DNA from: Candidatus Latescibacterota bacterium
GTDB lineage: Bacteria > Latescibacterota > UBA2968
Assembly (NCBI GenBank): GCA_965222605.1
Contig: OZ244960.1
Location: 1,824,001-1,888,000 of the forward strand
Reading direction: 5' to 3'
Length of the DNA: 64,000 bases
The number at the start of each line of letters is the position of its first letter. Within the stretch, counting starts at the first letter, position 1. Positions 10,155 to 20,465 of this stretch are shown one piece after another. The notes below the pieces were generated by a model, which saw nothing but the letters and a program-made list of their open reading frames with translations, was not told the DNA's origin and made no database searches. Position numbers and translations under genes: made by a program.

Positions 10155-10940
10155 TTAAAGTCGAAAAAAATAAAAATGATTCGTAGGACCTTTGCCCTTG
10201 CCAATATTTAAGCCATGCCGGATAGCTTCGGTAATATAATTTTTTGCCCTATCTATCGCATCGTGCAACCCGTATCCCAACGCAAAATTAGCTGCTATCG
10301 CCGATGCCAGTGTACAACCTGTCCCATGTGTATTCCTGGTATCTATGCGTTCACTTTCAAAAACTGTTTCACACGTCCCATCCCACAACACATCCACCGC
10401 TTTCCCCTCTAAATGTCCCCCCTTTACCAACACGGCACACGCGCTTAAATCGGCAATTTTACGCGCAGCAAATCCGGCATCTTTTCGCGTCTTTATTTTT
10501 GTCTTACTCAATAATTCCGCTTCGTGGAGATTGGGCGTCACCAGGGTAGCGAGTGGCAACAAGCGGTCCATAACGCATTGTATGGCATCGTCCTTGAACA
10601 ACGAAAACCCACTCGTCGAAATCATCACCGGATCGACCACGAGCGGTTGCCCATTGCGAGCTGTCAACTCATCGGCCACAGCCTCTACAATCGCACGCGA
10701 AGACAACATCCCCGTCTTGACCACAGCAATCTCAAAATCGTCAAATACAGCACTTATCTGAGCGCGGACAATCTCTTCGGGCAAATCACAAGCCGCACGC
10801 ACCTCTTGCGTATTCTGAGCAGTTACCGATGTAATCGCAGACAGACCAAACACACCATGGGCGTGAAATGTCTTCAAATCCGCCTGAATGCCCGCGCCAC
10901 CGCCGGAATCCGAACCCGCAATTGTCAGGGCTTGTTTCAT
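10155..10940 (-). CDS. thiD: Hydroxymethylpyrimidine/phosphomethylpyrimidine kinase
   Basis: LTIAGSDSGGGAGIQADLKT, VDPVM, TPNLHEA and HGTGCT motifs. Confidence 0.95.
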   Translation of the reverse strand: MKQALTIAGSDSGGGAGIQADLKTFHAHGVFGLSAITSVTAQNTQEVRAACDLPEEIVRAQISAVFDDFEIAVVKTGMLSSRAIVEAVADELTARNGQPLVVDPVMISTSGFSLFKDDAIQCVMDRLLPLATLVTPNLHEAELLSKTKIKTRKDAGFAARKIADLSACAVLVKGGHLEGKAVDVLWDGTCETVFESERIDTRNTHGTGCTLASAIAANFALGYGLHDAIDRAKNYITEAIRHGLNIGKGKGPTNHFYFFRL

Positions 10941-11572
10941 TCCCAGGCCTTCAAAAATTCGCATACCGCTTTAGCCGGATCTTTCGCTGCCAAAATACCC
11001 GACATCACCGCGACACCCACACATCCCGTTGTGCGACATTTGGCTGCGCGTTGGGGTGTTATACCACCCAGCGCGTAAACGGGTAAACGAGAATATGTCA
11101 CCGCATTTGCCAATCCCGCAAGCCCTGCTACCACACCATCATACCCGGGTTTGGACCCCGGTGTAAAAATAGGGCTATAAGTGACAAAATCTGCCCCATC
11201 AGCGCAATCTAATTCCGCATGGGTATGTGTGGAAGAGCCAATTAAAAATGACGGCTCGACCCGATCTCGGACCGCCCGAGACAATGTACCACCTGGCAAA
11301 TGCACACCCTGCGCGCCAATTTTTACGGCAATATCTGCTACTGAAGCGGTGTACAACCGCGATTCATTAATCAACAGCATCGCATCATAACGCGCTGTCA
11401 ACGACAAAACCTGCTCAGCCAGAGTTTCTAACACATCTCTGTCCAGAGCTTTTTCTCGCAACTGCACCAGCCGCACCCCGGCATCCAGCGCACGCGCGAG
11501 TACATCTAACATCGGTCGATCACCGCACGTTGCCCGGTCGGCAATCAAATAGAGGGGGGGCAATGAAATCAA
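10937..11572 (-). CDS. ThiE/TenI family protein, probably thiazole tautomerase TenI-like
   Basis: ThiE fold motifs (VQLREK, GVHL, SPIF..SK, VYALGGI) but lacks ND and GQDD. It is the second ThiE paralogue in a ThiO-type operon. Confidence 0.75.
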   Translation of the reverse strand: MISLPPLYLIADRATCGDRPMLDVLARALDAGVRLVQLREKALDRDVLETLAEQVLSLTARYDAMLLINESRLYTASVADIAVKIGAQGVHLPGGTLSRAVRDRVEPSFLIGSSTHTHAELDCADGADFVTYSPIFTPGSKPGYDGVVAGLAGLANAVTYSRLPVYALGGITPQRAAKCRTTGCVGVAVMSGILAAKDPAKAVCEFLKAWE

Positions 11573-12345
11573 ATTTCCACCCGTCCTTCCATCGCTGTCG
11601 AAGCCGTTGCGTACAGCTTTCTGGGAATCCGCCCGGCTTCAAAAGCATACCGCCCGGCTTCAACCCCTTTTTTCATAGCCAGCGCCATCTTCACCGGATG
11701 CCGAGCGCCCGCGACTGCCGTATTCAACAACACGCCATCACAACCCAATTCCATCGCCAGAGCAGCGTCCGAGGCGGTTCCCACCCCCGCATCGACAATA
11801 ACCGGCACATTGACCGAATCCAGAATAATCTGAATATTGTACGGATTCCGAATCCCCATTCCCGAACCAATGGGCGCACCCAGAGGCATCACAGCGGCAC
11901 ATCCCAAATCTTCCAACTTCTTACAGGTAATGGGATCGTCATTACAATAGGGCAACACGGTAAACCCATCGCTCACCAGTGTCTCGGCAGCCTGGAGCAA
12001 CCCCACCACATCTGGAAACAAAGTGCGTTCATCGCCAATCACCTCTAACTTAATCAGATCGGTTTCCAGCGCTTCACGTGCCAACCGCGCAGTAAGCACT
12101 GCATCCTGAGCGGTAAAACAGCCAGCAGTATTTGGCAAAATAGTGTACCGCGATCGATCGAGCAAATTGAGAACACCCTCGCCAGATTCGTCATTCATAT
12201 TGAGTCGTCGAATGCCCACCGTTACAATCTCTGCGCCACTGGCTTTAACGGACTTCAGCATCACCTGCATATTGGGATAACGCGCAGTACCTATCAACAG
12301 CCGTGAACAATATGTTACGCCTGCTATCTTAAAATCGCCAGTCAT
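11569..12345 (-). CDS. thiG: Thiazole synthase
   Basis: [32 protein letters not shown] and DAGVG motifs. Confidence 0.97.
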   Translation of the reverse strand: MTGDFKIAGVTYCSRLLIGTARYPNMQVMLKSVKASGAEIVTVGIRRLNMNDESGEGVLNLLDRSRYTILPNTAGCFTAQDAVLTARLAREALETDLIKLEVIGDERTLFPDVVGLLQAAETLVSDGFTVLPYCNDDPITCKKLEDLGCAAVMPLGAPIGSGMGIRNPYNIQIILDSVNVPVIVDAGVGTASDAALAMELGCDGVLLNTAVAGARHPVKMALAMKKGVEAGRYAFEAGRIPRKLYATASTAMEGRVEI

Positions 12346-12386
12346 AATATCCTCACAGTTATTCCCCACTACCCCCAGCCCCCAGT

Positions 12387-12593
12387 TTATCCCCCCTGAA
12401 CCGCGTGAATAATATCCACCCGGTCGCCATTGCACAACCGCGTATCTGCCCACATCGCACGCGCTATGACCTCGGCATTTAGGGCCACGGCAATGCCCTT
12501 TTGTTCGGCGTTAAAATTCATCTCAATCAGTAAATCGAGCAGCGTTGACGCATCATCCACTGATTGCTCTTGACCATTCACTGTAAGTTGCAT
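12387..12593 (-). CDS. thiS: Sulfur carrier protein ThiS
   Basis: 68 aa, starts MQLTVNG and ends in C-terminal GG. Confidence 0.95.
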   Translation of the reverse strand: MQLTVNGQEQSVDDASTLLDLLIEMNFNAEQKGIAVALNAEVIARAMWADTRLCNGDRVDIIHAVQGG

Positions 12594-12596
12594 GGG

Positions 12597-13736
12597 CTAC
12601 AATCCAAATCGGTCAATCCCAAAAGGCCGAATAAGTGCCGGGGTGCGCTGCTCCAAAATTACTTCTGCAATAGATAGCGCAGTCAACGGCATCAGCAAAA
12701 TACCTTTCCGATAATGGCCTGTTGCCATAATTAAACCCTCGATAGGCGTCTTGCCCAAAATAGGCGCGTCATCCCGGCTACCCGGGCGCAACCCCGCCGC
12801 GGACTCCACCAGAGGCAAATCGTAAACCCCCGGCACCACTTCCCATGCGGCGCGCAACAGTTCAAACATCCCCCCCGCGGTCACATCTTCATCAAACCCC
12901 ATCTCTTCTGACGTAGCACCCAAAACGAGATGCCCATTATCCTTGGGCACGAGATACGCCATCGTAGAAGTCGCCACCCGCGAATACCAGACCATCGTAT
13001 TGAGCGCGAAGTCCTCCGTCATGGCCAGGCGCATAATCTGCCCGCGCACAGGACGCACCGGAGGCCTGGCACAATCGGGCAACCCCGGTATCAGACGCGA
13101 CCAGCATCCCGAAGCCAGCACCACCGTATCACCCTCAAAAACTTCCTCGCCAATCCGAACCCCGCGCACCCGCGTCCCATCTATCAAAAGTTCATCTACT
13201 GCCATCTCTTCAAACACCTCGCCACCTGCCGCCACAAACCCCTTCTTCAACGCCATCACCAGACGCCGATTATCCACTTGATGATCGCCCGGACACCACA
13301 CGGCAGCACTCACCTGAGCCGACAAATGCGGCTCTCGCTCCCGCGCCTCATCACCCGAGAGATAGGTAACAGACAATCCCAAATCGCGCTGATAGCCATA
13401 CCGAAATTTTAAGTACTCCAGATCATCTTGCGTAATACCCACCAGCAGCACCCCATCGCGGCGATAGCCCACACAGCACCCGGTGTCCGCCTCCAATTCA
13501 CCGACAAACTCGGGATAAACCGCCAGCCCCTTCAGGCCGAGATGCAACAGATCTTCCTCTTCAAATTGCACCTCTGACAGCGGCGACAACATACCCGCCG
13601 AAGCCCAGCTCGCCGAGCGTCCAACACGGCCCCGATCAAACAGAGCTACAGCACACCCCGCACGCGCCAACCGCCAGCCAATCGCCAGCCCAATCGCCCC
13701 ACCACCCACAATGAGCACGCGCTTTTGCACCATCAC
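12597..13736 (-). CDS. thiO: Glycine oxidase ThiO
   Basis: GGGAIG FAD motif, ASWASAGML, PVRGQ and GHYRKGILL. Confidence 0.93.
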   Translation of the reverse strand: MMVQKRVLIVGGGAIGLAIGWRLARAGCAVALFDRGRVGRSASWASAGMLSPLSEVQFEEEDLLHLGLKGLAVYPEFVGELEADTGCCVGYRRDGVLLVGITQDDLEYLKFRYGYQRDLGLSVTYLSGDEAREREPHLSAQVSAAVWCPGDHQVDNRRLVMALKKGFVAAGGEVFEEMAVDELLIDGTRVRGVRIGEEVFEGDTVVLASGCWSRLIPGLPDCARPPVRPVRGQIMRLAMTEDFALNTMVWYSRVATSTMAYLVPKDNGHLVLGATSEEMGFDEDVTAGGMFELLRAAWEVVPGVYDLPLVESAAGLRPGSRDDAPILGKTPIEGLIMATGHYRKGILLMPLTALSIAEVILEQRTPALIRPFGIDRFGL

Positions 13737-13747
13737 AACCTCAAGGT

Positions 13748-13784
13748 AAAAAAAACCACCCTTCGCATAGAGTCGAAAAGTGGT
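13748..13784 (-). terminator. Riboswitch-controlled terminator before thiO
   Basis: Minus strand ACCACTTTTCG-actcta-TGCGAAGGGTGG followed by a T8 run. Confidence 0.7.
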
Positions 13785-13801
13785 CTCACCATCCGTTCAA
13801 C

Positions 13802-13879
13802 AAACTCCCTACGCCGGCATGATCCGGATCAGGTACAAAGGGTATAATCTCAGCTCACAGCAGCAAGCACCCCTGTCTT
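13802..13879 (-). ncRNA. TPP riboswitch (thiO operon leader)
   Basis: Minus strand AGGGGTGC..GCTGAGATTATACCCTTTGTACCTGATCCGGATCATGCCGGCGTAGGGA matches the THI-box consensus. Confidence 0.95.
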
Positions 13880-13893
13880 CTTTTAACTTTGCA

Positions 13894-13922
13894 AAGATAC
13901 CATTTTCACATTCCCAGGTCAA
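13894..13922 (-). promoter_or_regulatory. sigma70-type promoter for the thiO operon
   Basis: TTGACC-N17-TATCTT with an extended TG. Confidence 0.6.
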
Positions 13923-13938
13923 GACGTTCCCTTTATAG

Positions 13939-15813
<1,875 letters not shown>

Positions 15814-15839
15814 AGCAAAAAATAAAACCGAGGAATGAG

Positions 15840-15876
15840 AACAGGTATTGCTCAAAAAAATAGAGCAATACCTGTT
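15840..15876. terminator. Inverted repeat/terminator between thiC and mltF
   Basis: AACAGGTATTGCTC-N9-GAGCAATACCTGTT, a perfect 14-bp stem. Confidence 0.7.
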
Positions 15877-15893
15877 AAAAAAGGGATGGAGCC

Positions 15894-18029
15894 TCAGCGA
15901 CGATCTTCTACAACAGGCGGGGATCCGACGAAGCCCGAGCTAAGCGGCTGAGTTGCCCTCGCAGGTATCGTCGTATTCAGTACTTCGACATAAGCATCGT
16001 AGAAATTCTGAATATTTCTGACATAGTGTACGGGCTGACCGCCTCGGCAGAAACCGTATCGCGCCCGCTCGTAGTAGTCCGGTTGGGACAGCAAGCGCAT
16101 CGCCTTTTCCACATGGCCAAACCAGCGGTTGGGATCCCATCCCATTTCCCGCGCCAGGCGACGAGCGTCGAGCATATGGCCGTATCCGACATTGTAAGAA
16201 GCCAGCGCAAAGCGAATCCGCTCTTGCATCGGGAGCTTGTGGTCGAACCGGTTGATAAGCTGACGCATATACTTGACCCCTGCGTGAATGCTCTCCTGGG
16301 GTTCATGAAGATCGGTAAATCCCAACTGCTCCCCCGTACTCGGCATCACCTGCATCAGCCCCTGCGCGCCGACCCAACTGACAGCCTCTGGATCGAATCT
16401 GGATTCCTGGTACATCTGTGCGGTAATCAACCGCCAGTCCTGCCCGTATTGAGAGGCGTATTTTTTTGTTAGATCATCATAAGGTGACAACTGACCGCTC
16501 AAACCGACCCGCGTTGAATCTTTAGCTCTGGCGACAGCGCGCGTGCTCTTAAAATACCTCTTTTTCATCATATTAAAAAACAAACCGCCTTTTTCTTCTT
16601 TTATATACTTGTTGAGTGCTGCCAATAACTCTGAATTGTCCTTGCGAACCGCCCAGCCCAGTGCCGTGGGCTTGATACTCAAAGCGGCTTTGAGGCGGCG
16701 ACCATACGCGCGTTCTATATCGAGCAAATGGGAATCGCACATCGTGAGGTCATAAATACCCTCTTCAACCCCGGCCAATATATCTTCGGTTTCTACATTG
16801 TCGGGCACGATCGCAATCTCGAGGCCTTTGATAGAATCCCGCAACGCCATCAGCGTCGTATAAAATGAAGAACTGGCTCGCACATGTATCGTCCGCCCGG
16901 CCAGATCCTGAAGACTGCCAATCGAATCGTCATCCGCATGCACCACCACCAGTTCACTTACTTCATTATAGGGTTGCGTAAATGCCGCCTGCGCTTGCCG
17001 TTCCTCAGTGATGGTCATTGCCGACGACACGATATCGCCCTTGCCTTCGTTCAAATACGACAACAGTTCGGCGTGACTATTCGGAATGACAATTTCGAGG
17101 CGCAGGCCGTGCTGCGAGGCAAATCGCTTTATAAGCTCGTATTCGAATCCTATCTGCTGTCCCCGATAAATAAAATAAGTCATCGCATTGTTGCGCGTGA
17201 TCATGCGCAACCGGCGGTGTTCTTTCAGGCCGGGCAGATCGTCTGTAAATATTTCTTGGCGCTGACGCGTAAATTGATGCGCCAGCAAATACTCATCCAC
17301 CTTGACTTTGAGCTTTGTATCATTTAGGCGCATCATCAAGGCAAGCGGACGCTCTTCGGCCACAACGAGCGGCGCGACGAGGTTATCGTAATAACTGGCA
17401 ATGGCATGCCACTGATGCGCGTCGCATAAAGTCGCTTTGTATTGACCCTGGGCAATGCCTTTAATCAGACCCTCGGTGCTGAGCGTATCTGACACAGTGT
17501 GGATGCGTAAAGACGGCACTTCCTTTTGAACATCAATCAAGGTCTGATAATACGAACTGGACTGCCGTACACTGATCTCCATACCGGCAAGATCAGCTAC
17601 TGTCTCGGGCAGGCTATCTGCCCGCGTTGTAATCAAATATTCATCGACATATAAATACGGAACAGAAAACGCTGCCAGCTTTTCTCGATCCGGCGTAACA
17701 GTCAAGCTGGAGGCGATAATATCGCCCTCGCCTTCGAGTAGTTTTTCCAACATCTGAACATAATTATCGGCCTTTACAAGCTCCAACTTCATCTTGAGAG
17801 CCTCGGCCAGACTATGGGCGATATCGTAGTCCAGCGTCACCGGCTCTGCCTGCCGGGGGATATAGGTGATCGGCTCCTGACTAACGATCACCCGCAATGT
17901 GCCGCGAGCCTGTAATAGCGGAAGGTCGCCCGTATATTTGGGCGGCGGTAAAGGCACGGGTTGTTTTTCGCTGCACTGTACAAAAGCACATAAGAAAATC
18001 AGTGCTGGGGGAATCATACGATGCAACAT
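15894..18029 (-). CDS. mltF: MltF-like lytic transglycosylase lipoprotein with two tandem SBP_bac_3 domains
   Basis: Two DLP.L....LR.I repeats; SLT motifs QESRF, GAQGLMQVMP and ASYNVG. Lipobox-like FVQC. AAAGGAGA RBS before ATG 18029. Confidence 0.85.
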   Translation of the reverse strand: MLHRMIPPALIFLCAFVQCSEKQPVPLPPPKYTGDLPLLQARGTLRVIVSQEPITYIPRQAEPVTLDYDIAHSLAEALKMKLELVKADNYVQMLEKLLEGEGDIIASSLTVTPDREKLAAFSVPYLYVDEYLITTRADSLPETVADLAGMEISVRQSSSYYQTLIDVQKEVPSLRIHTVSDTLSTEGLIKGIAQGQYKATLCDAHQWHAIASYYDNLVAPLVVAEERPLALMMRLNDTKLKVKVDEYLLAHQFTRQRQEIFTDDLPGLKEHRRLRMITRNNAMTYFIYRGQQIGFEYELIKRFASQHGLRLEIVIPNSHAELLSYLNEGKGDIVSSAMTITEERQAQAAFTQPYNEVSELVVVHADDDSIGSLQDLAGRTIHVRASSSFYTTLMALRDSIKGLEIAIVPDNVETEDILAGVEEGIYDLTMCDSHLLDIERAYGRRLKAALSIKPTALGWAVRKDNSELLAALNKYIKEEKGGLFFNMMKKRYFKSTRAVARAKDSTRVGLSGQLSPYDDLTKKYASQYGQDWRLITAQMYQESRFDPEAVSWVGAQGLMQVMPSTGEQLGFTDLHEPQESIHAGVKYMRQLINRFDHKLPMQERIRFALASYNVGYGHMLDARRLAREMGWDPNRWFGHVEKAMRLLSQPDYYERARYGFCRGGQPVHYVRNIQNFYDAYVEVLNTTIPARATQPLSSGFVGSPPVVEDRR

Positions 18030-18173
18030 GTATGTATCTCCTTTCAATATGTGGCCTCATCGCCGGGTCGATGAGGTATTACTTTGCGGTATTTCCTCCC
18101 AAAAGAAGAAGGGATTGCGATATAATCGCACCCTTTTTTATTTGTGAAATACAGATGATAGTTTTGGGGCGAT

Positions 18174-18539
18174 TTATGTCTTCCGTCTCACCGGCGGGTC
18201 GGATACAAAGCTTTCGATAGCCGCGTCAACGGATTCCAACGTGCGAAAATGCGACGACAATTTTCCGACCATCATCAAACTCTCCATCCGGTTTGCAATA
18301 CCGGCCAATCTGAGATCGCCCCCGGCATTTCTCAACATCTCCAGGCTAACTGCCAACACGCCTAACATCGTGCTGCCAAACCATCTCACCCTGGAAAAAT
18401 CAACCACGACATTTGTAATGCCATCGGCCATGACCTCTTCGACATAGTGCTGAAAAGGAACGACTGTAGGACCGCTCATCAGGGTACCCGATACAGTCAG
18501 AACCGCGACGTGATCGCGAATGTCAACTTTTATTCTCAT
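18174..18539 (-). CDS. STAS-domain anti-sigma-factor antagonist (copy 2)
   Basis: VVDFSRVRWFGSTMLG and GGDLRL motifs. Confidence 0.9.
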   Translation of the reverse strand: MRIKVDIRDHVAVLTVSGTLMSGPTVVPFQHYVEEVMADGITNVVVDFSRVRWFGSTMLGVLAVSLEMLRNAGGDLRLAGIANRMESLMMVGKLSSHFRTLESVDAAIESFVSDPPVRRKT

Positions 18540-18551
18540 CAAAAAAAACCG

Positions 18552-18902
18552 CTATGCGTCATTATCTGCAAAACTTTCCACAGCCCGATCTACCGTAGGT
18601 AGGGTCTTAAAAATATTCGCCAACTGCGTAACCATCAAAATACTTTCAATCTTCCTGGTAACGCCCGTCAATCTCAAATCGCCGCCTTCACCGCGCAGCG
18701 TCGTCAAACTCGCCGTTAGCACGCCCAACATAGCACTGCCAAACCATCTCACCCTGGAAAAATCAACCACCACTTTTTTTACACCCTCATTTGCAAGTTT
18801 CTTAATATGATCTTGAAATGGGGCAACCTCGGGACCGCTCATCAATTCACCCGATAGGGTTAAAACCGCGACATCCCCGCGGATCTTTTCCGAAATTCTC
18901 AT
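18552..18902 (-). CDS. STAS-domain anti-sigma-factor antagonist (copy 1)
   Basis: VVDFSRVRWFGSAMLG. GGAGG RBS before ATG 18902. Confidence 0.9.
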   Translation of the reverse strand: MRISEKIRGDVAVLTLSGELMSGPEVAPFQDHIKKLANEGVKKVVVDFSRVRWFGSAMLGVLTASLTTLRGEGGDLRLTGVTRKIESILMVTQLANIFKTLPTVDRAVESFADNDA

Positions 18903-18974
18903 ACAAACCTCCAAAGCCCAGAACTCATTGAACATCGCATGGGGCACTGAAAATACGGCTTAACAAGAAAAAAA

Positions 18975-19451
18975 TCAAGAAAAGGCGTATTCAATCACCA
19001 TTTGCAAGGCAGCATCTGCTATCGCATTGCGAATGGCATCGCGATCCCCATCAAACTGAAAGACCTCACAAACCACACCTTCTGCACCGGCAACTGCGAT
19101 ATACGTCGTGCCGATGGGCTTGGACGACCGTCCGCGAATGGGACCAGCGATCCCGGTCTCGGCCAAGCCCAAATCTGCACCACTCACTTTTCGCACGCCT
19201 TTAGCCATTGCACGCACGGCTTCTGCGCTCACTGTACCATACGTATCCATCACCTGCACATCTATCCCCAGCATCTCGCGTTTAGACAACGCGCTATACG
19301 CAATAACCCCGCGCTCATAATAAGCCGAACTGCCCGGAACCGAAACAATGCGGGTGCTGATCAACCCGCCTGTTGTGGTTTCTGCAACTGCAATAGTCCA
19401 GTTTCGTTCTCGAAGCAATTTTCCGAGCTTTACTTCCAATTGTTCAGACAT
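18975..19451 (-). CDS. pncC: CinA C-terminal/PncC family NMN deamidase
   Basis: AETTTGG, PGSS, MAKG and TGIAGP motifs. Confidence 0.85.
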   Translation of the reverse strand: MSEQLEVKLGKLLRERNWTIAVAETTTGGLISTRIVSVPGSSAYYERGVIAYSALSKREMLGIDVQVMDTYGTVSAEAVRAMAKGVRKVSGADLGLAETGIAGPIRGRSSKPIGTTYIAVAGAEGVVCEVFQFDGDRDAIRNAIADAALQMVIEYAFS

Positions 19452-19466
19452 GTTTGAAACCGCATA

Positions 19467-20465
19467 TCACCGCTGATCAATAACCACAGGGGAACCCGAT
19501 TTTGAAGACGCATAAGCTGCGCAAAAGAGCTCAACAGACTTTCGGCCCTCTTCACCCGACACCACAGGGGCCGTGCCTTTGGTGATTGCAGAAACCATAT
19601 CCTCTGCAATATCGGCAGGCGCATCGGGCACTTCAAAACGGCTCAAATCTACCAATTCCTCATCCTTTGTCATCACTTCTATACCGCCGCGTTGATCCCA
19701 CCGTACAGTGCCTTCCGTGCCGCTGATCTCCACTTGTGTCCCCAAATTTGGATAACTCGATGTCGTGGTCGTAATCAGCCCCCACGCGCCGCTTTGAAAT
19801 GTCAACTGTGCAATTGTAATATCTTCAGTTTCAATATCGTGTGTCATGGTTGCACTGCGCCCATAAACTTCCTTTACCGGGCCGAGCAACCAGCAGATGA
19901 GATCGACAAAATGCACACCCTGATTGGCTATCGAGCCGCCCTCTGTCTCTTTGCGGCTACGCCACCCCACGGGAAAGCCCCCATTGTAATAGCTCTGCTC
20001 GCGCCACCACTTCATCTTCACATCACCCAAAAAAATCTGTCCAATGATCCCCTGATCAATGGCGGCCTTCAATTGCTGGTTTACCTTAGAATAGCGATTC
20101 CCAAAATCCACTGCCAGAACCTTCCCCGCATCTTTTGCCGCCTGAATCGCCGCATCGCACTTTTCTACGAGAATATCCATCGGCTTGGTGACAAATGCAT
20201 GTTTGCCTGCTTCTATCGCTTCAATGGCGTAATCGCAATGCGTGCCACTAGACGTATAGATACCGATCGCATCGATATCATCGCGCGCAAACATTGCCTT
20301 GTAATTCGTCGTCCAGTCGCATCCATACTTTTCGGCCTGCTCCACGGCCTTGTCTTCCTGTAAATCGCACACGCAAACCAACGCACTGCCCTCTGCTGCT
20401 GCCACCTGTTTTGCTGCTTCGCGGCCGCGCCCCAATCCCATAATACCAAATCTAACGCTCGACAT
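19467..20465 (-). CDS. Gfo/Idh/MocA family oxidoreductase
   Basis: GLG Rossmann start, AGKH..TKP and GG...NQGVHFVD. Confidence 0.9.
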   Translation of the reverse strand: MSSVRFGIMGLGRGREAAKQVAAAEGSALVCVCDLQEDKAVEQAEKYGCDWTTNYKAMFARDDIDAIGIYTSSGTHCDYAIEAIEAGKHAFVTKPMDILVEKCDAAIQAAKDAGKVLAVDFGNRYSKVNQQLKAAIDQGIIGQIFLGDVKMKWWREQSYYNGGFPVGWRSRKETEGGSIANQGVHFVDLICWLLGPVKEVYGRSATMTHDIETEDITIAQLTFQSGAWGLITTTTSSYPNLGTQVEISGTEGTVRWDQRGGIEVMTKDEELVDLSRFEVPDAPADIAEDMVSAITKGTAPVVSGEEGRKSVELFCAAYASSKSGSPVVIDQR

